A DNA stretch of 63,292 nucleotides, counting the filler, from Bigelowiella natans CCMP2755 (lineage: Eukaryota > Protista > Cercozoa): assembly GCA_000320545.1 (NCBI GenBank). It is 9 parts of 9 records of this genome, joined end to end, with 100 filler letters (N's around TTAATTAATTAA, not from the genome) between each part and the next. Parts side by side here need not be neighbours in the genome. Positions count along the whole stretch, not along the records: positions 19,837 to 34,909 come from ADNK01000661.1; positions 35,010 to 51,719 come from ADNK01003285.1; 7 more parts are not named here. The stretch is one strand, 5' to 3'. Position 1 is the first letter of the stretch. Each line of letters opens with the position of its first letter. The notes beneath the pieces were generated by a model. It saw only the letters and a program-made list of their open reading frames with translations. It searched no databases and was not told the origin of the DNA. Position numbers and translations under genes: made by a program. Positions 28,223 to 39,432 of the stretch are shown one piece after another.

Positions 28223-28819
28223 AACAATCACTTTTGGCGGCTCTGCGGCCACAGGCATGGCACAGTGATGCAGCGCGTCGTTGAAACCGTTCGCATGCAA
28301 AACGGCCGCAGCCGGGCCATCGTCCTTGATTTCGTGGTCAAGGCAGGCTGCGTGCTTCTGAACGGGTGGCACTGAAGCGCAAGCTTGTTGGGGCGATGTG
28401 TCTGAGTGTCGGTGTGCCTCGTCGCCGTCGTCGTGCGTGGGCCTTGCTCGTGGAGTGGGCTGTGTGACCACTTCTTGAAGTGTCTCTGCTGGTGTCGTGC
28501 TTGTCGGTTGTTTGTCTTCGTTGTTCTCGAGGGTTGGTCTGCTGTTGTTGTCAACTTTTGTCATCGTCAGTCTCTCGGTCCTTTTTGGTTTTCTTTGCTT
28601 TTGTTTGGTTTTCTGTGGTTTTGGGATTTTTGTGGTTTGGGGTTTTTGTTCTTTCCTTGTTGCTTGAAGTCTTCTGTCTGTTGGGATTTTGAGTTCTGTC
28701 CCTCGAGGCCTCGAAGTGTTGTGTGCGGGTGGCGAAGTGATGAGAGCAAACTGGGAGCGCACAAAGGGAACGCATGCGCAGAACTCAACTCCAGAGCTCA
28801 CCCTGGGCACTGGTTGCCA

Positions 28820-30895
28820 GTCGAAGGAAAGTTCTGGAACTTCCTGCCCTGGGTGCTGCTCGGAAAAAAGCGCACTCTTTGTGCACGTGCGCTCCGGTGC
28901 GACTTGTGTTGCCGTGTGCGCCTTGGCTTGCGCTTCTCGATGCTCCTTCGCTTTCGCTGTTGTCGTTGCTGCATCGCTGCCGCGCTCCACGCTGCACGAC
29001 AATCGAGACATTGCTGCCATGCATTGCGTGTTGAGAAAGAAGTTGACATGCACGCTGACATCGTTGCTGCGTGCTGCGATGGTGGCGCCTGCAAGGAGCT
29101 GCGCCACAGGCTCTCCCCTTTCCTTCTTCCCTTGTCTCATTGAAGGTGCTCTTTCTTGACGCGCTTGGTGGCTCGGGAGCCCTCGGAGCAGCAAGAAGAC
29201 TGGTCCTCCCACAAGGCTTCTTGGAAGTCCTCAGACCCAACCAAGAGAGGTGACCATGAAGTGGTTGGCGACGGCGTTGGAGGACAAGGAGAGTCGTGCC
29301 GTTGTCGCTTCAGTGGAGGAGGCCTCGGGGACTTTGCTTCTTCTTGGGGTGGCGGGAATTGTTCGAAGACTGGAGGGCCTGGGAACTCTTTGTCGTCAGC
29401 TTGTTCGAGGTCGAAAGCAATGAAGTCGTCCTTGAAGTCATCGTTGTCCACGAACTCACCTTCTTCGGAAGACTGAGAGGGCGTGCAGCCTGCAGACCCT
29501 TCACTCATTGCACCGCAGAGAGTCGGCGGCAGCAGGAGAACCCCACACTTCCCAGGGTGTGGTTCGAAGTTGCAGGCTGGCTCCAAGCACCGGCAGTGGA
29601 ACTTGAACGTGAGGACGATGTCACGCCCATCGAGTTCGCGAAAACTTGCTTCCGTTGCACGCAACGTGCCAACAGGAAGCTCCGCGACTTTCCCCTCGAT
29701 GATTTCGATGAGCGTGGCCAGCGAAGAAGCACGAGTCCTCAAGTCGATGCTGGCTTGAGCCAAGACTGGGTCGTGCTGCCATGGCGCTGTGAGAAGGGCG
29801 TTGCCCACAGGAGCAGACCTCTCCACCAGAGTGATGGTCAAAGTTGCAGCTGGAGGTGTTTCCAGAGGCCGTTGGTTGCGACGGGAGCACTTGAGCCCAG
29901 CCTTGGCGCGCTCGGAAAGCCCCAAGTCCTTGAAGTCGACCATCGAGTTGAGGAGGAGAAGCGGTTCGGGGTGCCGGTGCACGGCACTCTCGAACACAGT
30001 CACGGCGAACGGAGCAAGCTTGAGTTTCTGGAGGCAGAATTGCTTGGTGGACTGTGCGAAGGACGAAGTCATTGCTGGATTGGCTGGTTGCTCGTTGGAG
30101 GACTTTGGATTGTGATGGGCCGAGTCTCTTGGCAAGTGAAGGGGCTGTGTGCTTCGCAGCAAGCGCGCGTGCAGCGAGCGCATGGTGGGTTCCCTTTGAA
30201 GGGGGTTCTTTTCGGTCAGCGGGTTCCTTGTGCAAGGGGGTTGTTTTGCAGCCCGAAAGAAAGTTCTGAAACTTTCTGCCCTGGGTGCTGCTTGGGAAAA
30301 AGCGTGCTCTTTGCTCTTGCTGTCGTCCTTGCTGCAATCGCTGCGTGGCGCGCCATTGGTGCTGCTTGCCATCGGTGCTGCTTGCCAATCGTGCAAAACG
30401 TTGCTGCCACGCATCGCGTGTTGAGAAAACGACATCGCTCGTTCGAGGGGCTCTGCCCTGGCACGTTTGGAGGCTTGGGACTTCGTGGTGCAAAGAGAAC
30501 AACCCCACAACGCTTCCTGGAATTCCAAACACCCAACGAAAGTGGGCCTCAACTCGGAAGGGTCGCGACGCTGTCGTTTGCGCAGAGGAGGGCGCATCGG
30601 AGACTCAGTCTCTTTTTTGGGCGGAGGAAGTTGCTCGAAAATCGGTGGACCCGGGAACTTGCCGTCGTCAGGTTGTTCGATGTCGAAGGCCAAGAAGTCG
30701 TCCCAGAAGTCGTCGTCGTCCACGAACTCGGGAGACTGAGTGGGCATCAGGAGAGCACGAAGGGCAGGAGGAAGAGACGTTGGCCGGCTGGTCGGTGGAG
30801 GGGGGCTGTGTGTTTCGCAGCAAGCGCGCGTGCAGCGAGCGCACGGTGGGTTCCCTTTGAAGGGGGTCCTGCTGAAAGGGGGTTGTTTTGCAGTC
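28820..30895 (-). repeat. Internally duplicated, mutated coding-like region (ORF 29137-30984)
   Basis: EFVDDDDFWDDFLAFDIEQPDDGKFPGPPIFEQLPPP recurs as EFVDNDDFKDDFIAFDLEQADDKEFPGPPVFEQFPPP about 1.27 kb away. DNA 30141-30250 recurs at 30802-30893. Confidence 0.7.
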
Positions 30896-31558
30896 AGCAC
30901 GCGCGCCACGTGTGAGCGCAGGGAGGGTTCTTTTGTCAGGTTGACGGGCGAAAAAGGTGGGTTGACTCCAGCTGACTGGGTCACTTCCCAAACAGAACGG
31001 GTTCCCGCACGGAGGTGTCAAGGTCAAACAGGTCAAGTGCACGGAAGAACCGGCAGGGGAAACGGCGCACCTTCCACCGGGTTCGACCGTTGTCGCAGAC
31101 TTGCAAAGTGGGGAGGTTTTCATCGTCTTTCGGACAAGCCTTTCGAAAGCTTGTTCAGAGCAGGGCACTGTCGGCCATCGTCAGCTCAAAACGAAGAAGC
31201 AACTCGCCAAGGGACGTCAGCCACCGCTCGCAGGTGCGCAGGTCACACACTCTTCCACCGCTGGCGTCAGAGTGCACTCCCAAGGTGTGCTGTGAGTGCG
31301 GTGGTGCGCAATGCGCCGATCGGGCGGGTGCAGGAGAGGACCCTCAGACGGGAGGCTGCTTGCGTGACCTGAACACAGTTCCCACCGACTCTCTCGATGG
31401 ATTTGCAGGGTGGGAAAGAGGCAGAGAGGGCTGAGCGCAAGCGACTCAAGAACGAGGAGCAGGAGAAAGCAAAAAGGCAAAGTGAGGCACCTCTCCTGCG
31501 CTTGTTCCTTGTTCACTCACTCACACAAAACGTGTGTGATGCAAAGTTCCACGGGCGT

Positions 31559-31720
31559 CAAGTCCTCCTTTTCTTTTTTTTGATGACCTTCGTGTTCTTT
31601 CAACAAGTCCTCCTCCTCTTTTCTTTGATGACCTTCGTGTTCTTTTGGCAAGTCCTCCTCCTCTTTTCTTTGATGACCTTCGCATTCTTTTGATGAATCC
31701 TCCTCCTCTTTTCCTTGACA
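31559..31720. repeat. 45-bp tandem repeat, about 3.5 copies
   Basis: Units start at 31559, 31604, 31649 and 31694 (caagtcctcctcctcttttctttgatgaccttcg...). Confidence 0.9.
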
Positions 31721-31742
31721 GACTTCATCGACGACACCGTCG

Positions 31743-33838
31743 ATGGCCCAACGGCACGTTGGACCGACGAGGTGCGGGAGGAGATCACCGGATTCACACC
31801 CAAAGAAGTTGCTGACACCTGACAAAAAGCGCAGAGCGACGACCATGGCGACAAGTGATTTGCACCGGGAAGGAGCTCCTGACAACAACAACGACACAGG
31901 TGACGACACCTCAGACACAAACGACTTGGTGACCTCACCTGGTGCAGAAGGTGCAAATCAAAATCGCCAACAAAGGAAACAAGAAAGAAAACAATCCCGA
32001 AAACGAAGAGACAAAAAATCAAGGTTGCGACTTGTTCCGGGAGTGAATCACGTCCCTGGCATGCACTGCACGGAAAGTGCAGAGGGACACTCAAATCCAC
32101 GCACTGAAAAACAACAAGAAGAAGAACCTGGCAATGTGACTCACTTTGACAAGTGCATTGGAAAACCAGTGAAGGAACACGAGAAGTGCATTGACGATTG
32201 CAACGAGGTGTGTCACCATCCAAAGAACACGAATCCATCCAAAGTGAACCTCGAAAACGTGCCAAGTGCGTTCGCTGAGGCAATGTCAGGCCCGGAACGT
32301 GAGCAGTGGAACGAGGCAATGAAAAATGAACGTGAAAAACAAAAAAGAAACAATGCACGGACAGCTGTTGAAAGGCCGCGAGACCCGACAACAAACAAGA
32401 AAGTGAAACTCGTTTCCACCAAGTGGGTGTTCAAAAGAGAGGTCAAAGCAGACGGGTCTGTGAGACGCAGAGCCCGCCCAGCATCGCGAGGCTTTGCGCA
32501 GACGGAAGGTGTCGATCACTTCGAAACCTTCGCCCCCACCTTCGCGATGCCAAGCTTTCGACTTTTGCCAGCTGTTGCTTCTGAACACGAACTGCACGTC
32601 AATCACGCAGGTGCAACTGCTGCGTTTTTCCACGGTGACATCGATGCAAGTGTCTGCACCAAGTTGCCTGCTGGCATCTTTGTGGATGGAGATCTTGACG
32701 ACACCTCCAAGCCAAAAGGTCCGTCCCCAAAGTTGCACAAGTCACAACACGGTTCAAAACAGGCGGCACACACACGGCACAAAACACTCATCAAAGTTCT
32801 GCCAACACTTGGATTCAAACAAGCATGCACTGATCCACGTGTGTTGGCAAAACACGTTGACGACTTGCCTGTTGCACTTGGAGTGTGCGTTGACGATGCA
32901 ATTGTTCTCCATGGGTCCTCACACGACCCAGAGTGGTCATTGAAATCAACGTCAAAACACTTTGCTTTCACACACGACGGTGAACTTGCCCTTGCTCTGG
33001 GAATGGAGGTTGGACGCAACAAGGACTTCACCCACGAAGTGGGACAACAAAGATGTGCAAGTGACTTTGTCACGAAGTGCGGGTTGAAAGTGAAGAAAGT
33101 CAAAACACCTCTCGCAAACGTCCCTCTTGACTTTCAAGCCCGTGGTCCTCCTGTCGATTCCACCTGTCACAGACCATTGTCAGGTTCACTGTTGTGTTGT
33201 GCGGTGGGAACCAGACCTGATGTGAGCTTCGCCTGTTCCCGCCCAGCGCAACGCTCGGAGGATCCACGTCAGGTTCACTGGGACCAGCTGGTGCGGGTCC
33301 TGAACCACCTGAACAATGCGATCGATCGTGTCACGTCACACGACAGAACGGGAGAAGGCCTCACAGGGTGTGCCGATGCCGGTTTCGAAACAAGCAAAAC
33401 CGACGGCAAATCCTTCACCGGACGTGTGCCATTTCACTGCGGCTCACCTGTGCTGTGGAGGAGCTCCAAGCAAACAGTCGTCGCCACCAGTGCCGGTGAA
33501 GCGGAACACATGGCACTGTCCCCCCTGTTCAAAGAAACAATGCACGTTGAACAATCGACAAAAAAGTGGGACTCAACGAGAAAGTCCCCACAGCCGTCTT
33601 CGAAGACAGCGAACCGGCCATTGCAATGGCAATGGGCACGGGGCTGTCCAAGAAACCACGGTCTGCAAGGATCTCTCATCGTGACGCAAGGGATTGTGCA
33701 GGTTCAGGGTCGATGAAGTTGGGAAAGGTGTCAGGGAAGTGCAACCCTGCGGACGTCTTTGCCAAACCCCTTTCCCACGACGGTCGTGATGGATGCAGTG
33801 ACCAGTTCCACGGAAAGAAGAGGCACCAATCCGTTTGA
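31743..33838 (+). mobile_element. Ty1/copia retrotransposon pol remnant (RT + RNase H), hypermutated, frameshift near 33560
   Basis: KWVFK, RGFAQTEGVDHFETFAP, HGSKQA, CVDD, TRPDVSFA, GCADA, WRSSKQTVVATSAGEAEH. The second frame gives FEDSEPAI...NPADVFAKPL. No integrase or LTR recognised. Confidence 0.93.
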
Positions 33839-33866
33839 CCGCCCAATCCCTCCTTTGCCCTGCAGC

Positions 33867-33904
33867 TGTGCACGTGTGCACACGTGCACGTGTGTGCATG
33901 CACG
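33867..33904. repeat. Fossil (TA)19 microsatellite converted to TG/CA/CG mosaic
   Basis: 19 consecutive in-phase dinucleotides, each TG, CA or CG. Confidence 0.75.
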
Positions 33905-34117
33905 TCCACTCTGCCTTGAGGGTTCAGGAACACGTGCCTCGTCATCGATGTTCCTGCAAGTGAAAAAAAAAAATGAAAGTTTGCAAGTGATTGAACAACA
34001 ACCACAAAGCTGACGAACCTTCGCTCTGCGGCTTCGTCGTGCAACGAGGAGGGCACCTTGCGTGATCAACACCGTGGTTGGCCGATTCTCAAACAATCGG
34101 CACCACGGTGACCTGCA

Positions 34118-34300
34118 ATTTGCTCAGTCAGCAACGTGTTCGCTTGGTCAGCATCGTGGGTTGCTCGGTCAGGAACGTGTTTGCCTGGTCGGCATCACGG
34201 TTTGCTTGGTCAGGAACACACTTGCCCGATCAGCACCACAGTTTGCTTGATCAGCAACACACTTGCTTGACCAGCGTTGTGGTTTGCTCGATCAGCAACA
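34118..34300. repeat. About 21-bp degenerate tandem repeat, about 9 copies
   Basis: Cores ctcagtcag, cttggtcag, ctcggtcag, cctggtcgg, cttggtcag, cccgatcag, cttgatcag, cttgaccag and ctcgatcag occur at about 20-22 bp spacing. Confidence 0.8.
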
Positions 34301-35145
34301 CGTGCTGCCCTTGCTGACACACGTCCTGACTCTTTTGCTGGGGCCTTGTGTTTGCAAAACACCGTTGAGTCGTGTGTGGTTGGGGAACACACAGAAAATC
34401 GTGAGCCCCCCCCCCCTCCACCGCTCCCTTTCAGTCCAAAGGTGCAGCCATGTGAAGTGTGAAGTGCACCACGTGCAGCCGTTGGCTGGTGCAACGTGCG
34501 TCTTATGTGGGATGGCAACTGGGTATCCGTTTTGATGGATGTGGGAGGGGTGGGAGGAGGAGGACCTGATAAAGTGTATCAAACAGATCGGGGGATGCGA
34601 CATCTTTGCCTTTAACGAGAATCATTATTTAATTCTCTAAATTAAAATATAGGTATACCAATGGCCCCTGCAAGACAATGACATGCAGTGTTCTGTGCGT
34701 CATTGTCTTTCCCAACAACTGTGAATTCTGATCTGTACGCCTCCGATAATGTTGCGACATAAGATAGTAAATGGGCGCTGTTCTCTCTGGGCACAGCGGG
34801 CGAGAACGAGCTCATTTGCGGCTTGGGCGAATTGGTTCTCGTCTTTCCTGGAGAACACTCTCTGACCCCCAACAGCGGATGATGGGGCTCGCATACCCTC
34901 CGTCTCATCNNNNNNNNNNNNNNNNNNNNNNNNNNNNNNNNNNNNNNNNNNNNTTAATTAATTAANNNNNNNNNNNNNNNNNNNNNNNNNNNNNNNNNNN
35001 NNNNNNNNNTAGCAAAGGTGGGGGGGTAAAAGGGGGTCTTTTTCGGAACCCTGTCTCCTCGGGAAAATGGCGCTCCTCACCCTCATAGATGCGTTTAAAC
35101 TCGCGGCCTTGTATTTTTGTGGTGGATGTATTTATATTTATATAA

Positions 35146-35191
<46 letters not shown>

Positions 35192-35367
35192 GTGTGTGTG
35201 TGTGTGTATGTGTGTGTGAGAGAGAGAGAGAGAGAGAGGGGAGAGAGAGTAAAGTGGATAACGCCTTGCGATATTTCTTCGGGGTACGACACAAACAACG
35301 AAGGGATGATACGAATTGTAGAAATTAACAGAAAAAATGATGCGAAAACTATGACTAGGCTGTGTTG

Positions 35368-35406
<39 letters not shown>

Positions 35407-36023
35407 GCACGTGCGTATCTCTCTCTCTCTTCATGTGTGCGTGTGCGTGTGTGATAAGGCTCTGGATGGCAAGCTCAGAACAAGAACGGAAAGAGGCTGC
35501 TGAGAAAGTGATCAGAAGGTGCTACAACGTACGGTTGATATGATTGATCTATTATCTGAATTGGTGATGATTCTGATGCACATGAAAGTTGGTGTGACTC
35601 CACAATATCATTAGCTCATAACATCATTTTTGCTGAAAGGTATAACGACTCCGAAAGCGAGATGATAGGTTTATTCATTACAAATTATATACACAACACC
35701 TCCTCCCAATGTCTAGTGTTTCAACTACGTACCAAGATATGGACACAAACAGTCTCTCCTTACAAGTATCATATATAGATCTTTACATTTTGTGTCACGA
35801 TTCATTTATTTATAACTTATATAGGCTATTTACTATGTATTGAAGTTTGACAAATGCATAATGGCTGCGAAATACGATAAAAATACGAACAGGAAAAAGA
35901 ACGAGAGGGGTGGTGGGGGAGGAATTGATGGGGAATGCCCAGCTCGCAGTAAATATGTACTATTTTACATATACCATCATATACCATAAAATGATAATGT
36001 AACTATTGTTTCTAATATCATAG

Positions 36024-36138
36024 GAGATGTAGCATTTTACCACCTTCCTTACGTCGAAATCCTCTTGGCTATGGACAAAAGAGTGAGCACATTTAATTTT
36101 CTGTCGTACCTTGCTGCTCTTGGAGATTTTGTTTAATA

Positions 36139-36175
<37 letters not shown>

Positions 36176-37249
36176 TAATGTATATTCATTGATTCTCCTC
36201 TGACAAAAAGGTTATGGTTGTCTTTCTCGAGCGTGAAAAGGATGGCTATGTAAAAAGTGCGTTAAAGTGGTTTAATCATACTCGTTCTTATCCTTTCAGT
36301 CATAAGGTGCAGTTGCTCGTAGTATTGATGCAGGCGAACAATACGCTGACATGTGTAACAATGCATATCTGCAACCTAAGTCTTATATCCCCAAAAACCA
36401 ATCAGATTCAACGAATGATTCGAGGAGAGGACACTATCCACACGTAATATTAGCAGCGACTTAATAACCTGTTCAAAATTAGCTGTTATTTCCTACGCTG
36501 ATCTTTTGAGAGAGGGGGTGGGGGTGGGGGGGGAGTGCAACAATCAAACAAGATGTTGAAAAATTATCAGTGTTAAGTCGGGAATGGTGTAGCTTCCTAA
36601 GACTTGATTACTATGATGTCATCATAGAAGTTTATGTATTGGTATTGATGGTATGGTGGTAGATACCAACTACATGCTCATGTCGTACTGCTATAACTTC
36701 GGGAAGGGACTCATGTTTGATATTAATAGCTTCCATAGATAAGATGCGTGCACCGTACCCCTATGGAAGACTTCAAATGTGTGTATTTTGTATTTTGCCA
36801 AATTGTATGAAATTTTTTGCTTGAAACTTTGTAAATACCAAAGGTACGTCTCTTCGGTGGATTCGTTCATGGCCTGCTATCCTAAATATCACACATCTTC
36901 CTCATCACTGCCGTTGAACGGGGACGATAATGGCGGTGATGGAGAAATCAACGACTTTTATAGAATTACTGGCAATAAATCCCCAGGAATAACAGGCTCA
37001 CCGAACACTTCAGACATCAGAAATGAGGGTTTTGATCTTTCTCAAGGATATAAATACTATTGGGAAAGCTATCATAGCGCATTCGCTAGCTTGAAAGGAA
37101 AATTCCCAAGCCGAGTTCGACTTTTAGAAATGAAGAATTTAAACGATGATAAGGCCATGAGAGAGTTGGTCGAATGGTTAGGATTTAGCACTCAGGAGAT
37201 GAGTGGAAGTGTGCCGCACGGTATCCACGAGCACAAGGCACGATCTTGA
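36024..37249 (+). CDS. Sulfotransferase-like (P-loop) protein, 3' exons
   Basis: Exons GDVAFYHLPYVEILL, VVFLEREKDGYVKS and ACYPKY...YYWESYH...LNDDKAMRELVEWLGF* fit the sulfotransferase-like fold. Confidence 0.6.
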
Positions 37250-39055
37250 TCTCTGTTTCAAGTTGTTAGTCATAATGATTTCGCAAGTTTGTTAGCTACG
37301 CAAGCTTGCGCATCAGGCGATCCAGCACTTGTTGCACGCAGAGCTCTGTTCGCCGTGCGAATGCCACGCATGATACGCATTTTGAAATCTGGCTACCACA
37401 TTCATCCAGCGATGGTTGTGAGCTACAGTGTGATGCTAGCAATCATGGAATGTTCATGAGACGGATGCAACGACATGATCAAACCATTTCAACATGTCAT
37501 CCTGATGCTGCTACGTTGAAATGTTCATGTGCGGACGTCTTTCACGTGAGAGCGAATTGAATTGAACAGCACATTGATTGATGCAAAATCTGCACACAGA
37601 CAGAACCCCGAGATCTTGACAGCACCTTTCATTTTGCATTGGACTGCAGCCAAACGGTCCAGCAGTGTGGCGGTGCAGACATCACAACTAGCTAGTGTCT
37701 TGCAGCAGAGGTTGACCAAAGATCATGGAGACCAGTCAATTGGGACTGGGTGAATCTAGACACCTGTCAATGACTTGCAATCAGTTGTTGGAACTGTTGT
37801 CAAATGTGATTGCACGTGGCTAAGCCAACATTGTCATGAGCAGTGTTGCTTGTTTTTTGAGAGCACTGCTTTTGAAAAATGCAGCCACCTTGCTACGGGA
37901 TCAATTCTCCGGCTTGGTCACAACCCACAAACACAACAGAATGCTCAGTTGTTGCAGCTGGTGTCACGACATGACATGTCCGGACACCTTCCATTTTGTT
38001 TGAGGGCCTCAGTGGTTTGTCAAAATGAAAAATGAGGCGTGTGCAACTGGTGCAGTTGATGCACGTTCGCTGAGTGCATGAGGCCACAGTTGGTGTTTGA
38101 ATGTGCAACTGTCAGCCTGTGCAAAACCTGCAGAATCATGTGCAGGGTGTTGCAAATGTCAAATCATGCAACACCGCTACTGACAAACACAGATGCACCT
38201 TCTGCAGGTGCAGAACGTGCGGCATTGAGCCGATGCAAAGTGTCCGGACCCAAGTGGTCATCGGAGGGTCATGGATTGCAGCTGCTCCAATGCCAACTGC
38301 ATTCTGGTGCCACTTTCTCACCTCTCCGGATTTTTTCCTGTTGTCGTCCCTTTGACGACAGGAGAGCCCGGATGGTTTTGTTCCGCCCTTCCTTTTGCAT
38401 CGAACAAAGGAAGGTGCAAGCGGACACCCTTGCCTTTCATGTGAAGGAAGGATGAATGAAAGGCAGATCTTTTTGCGAACTGAAGGGGGTCAGGGATCAC
38501 CTTTTGTTTCTCTTTCCTTTCCCCTCCCCCCCTCCCGTCCCTTGATGCTTCCCTTTCGTGTTTTGCGAGCGTCGGGATGTTTTGGTGACGTTTTCTTTTT
38601 TTGCGGATCAACCGCCTGCTAGCCTGTGTTCTTTCGTGTTTTCGTTCGTTTCCTTGGGGATTGACCCCATTTTCGAAAAATGAAATGGTGCTCAGTGCAC
38701 AAAGCTTGTTTTTTGCAAGTTCGCTTTTCGAATTTTTCGAATTTTTCGTGACCGAAATTGATTCGGTGCCAAACTTGCAAATTGGGGAGGCGGATGGCTG
38801 CTCTTCGTGAGAGCTCTCCTCCTCGCAATCGTGGCGTCAGCTGCCACGAGTGATGCATTCTGACATCAGTGATGCAGATGCAGTTGACGGTGACAGCGGA
38901 TGGCTGCACTTCCGTTCGGTTCGTGATCAGAACGAGCGGGAGGTGCGAGCATGCATCGCCACTCACCGTGCAACTCAAGCATTGCACCTGGTTGTGCAGG
39001 ATCATCGTGGCAGGCCTTGCCCTGAGCCACCGAATCGAACTGCACGTGCGTTGCA

Positions 39056-39381
39056 TGTTGCGCGTAAGGTGTTCACAGGCCGAGGCGCTACGTGCACAAG
39101 TAGGCAGGGGGGGGGAAAGGCACGTTTGCTTCCTTTTGAAGAGTTGTGTTTATTTTTATTAAAGATTATATTTTTATTAAATCGTGCACTGCGTAATCAT
39201 TCGCGAAGCTTTCGCGAATGCCGCCGCACGTGGGGCAGCACACTTCCGGTGTGCTGCCATGAGTCCCGCCGGAACCCACGTGCCTATGCTGTATTAATAT
39301 CTACGTTATCTATATTCTATATCCGCGACAACCCCTTTGTTGTCGCACGTGACTTGTGCCCGCGTAGTGGTACGCGCTACA
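39056..39381 (-). repeat. 3' LTR
   Basis: Direct repeat of 44169-44494. Terminal inverted repeat TGTTGCGCGTA/TACGCGCTACA (10 of 11). Preceded on the minus strand by the polypurine tract GGGGGAGG (39382-39389). Confidence 0.95.
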
Positions 39382-39432
39382 CCTCCCCCAAGTCACGTTG
39401 CTCCTTCCTTCCTTCCTTATTCCCTTAGACCT

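Larger units (their letters stand above)
27247..34503. other. TpA-depleted (hypermutated) island 2, a nest of decayed transposable elements
   Basis: About 7.25 kb with a single TA found by eye (CTAG at 27876-27879). The ORF translations wholly inside it contain no Tyr. Confidence 0.92.

Noticed and set aside
31743-33716. Alternative genetic code or RNA editing explaining the missing Tyr
   Set aside because: TA is absent in all frames and in non-coding DNA, while host genes and the gypsy use Tyr and TAA/TAG normally.
34118-34300. CRISPR-like array (also 31559-31720)
   Set aside because: Contiguous degenerate tandem units with no unique spacers, no cas genes and a eukaryotic context.
27476-34500. 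Dense overlapping long ORFs on both strands (also 44500-47000)
   Set aside because: A by-product of TpA loss: TAA and TAG stops cannot occur, so all frames stay open longer.
27247-34503. Classical RIP or CpG-methylation decay as the cause
   Set aside because: RIP creates TpA and 5mC decay removes CpG. Here TpA is lost and CpG is plentiful.
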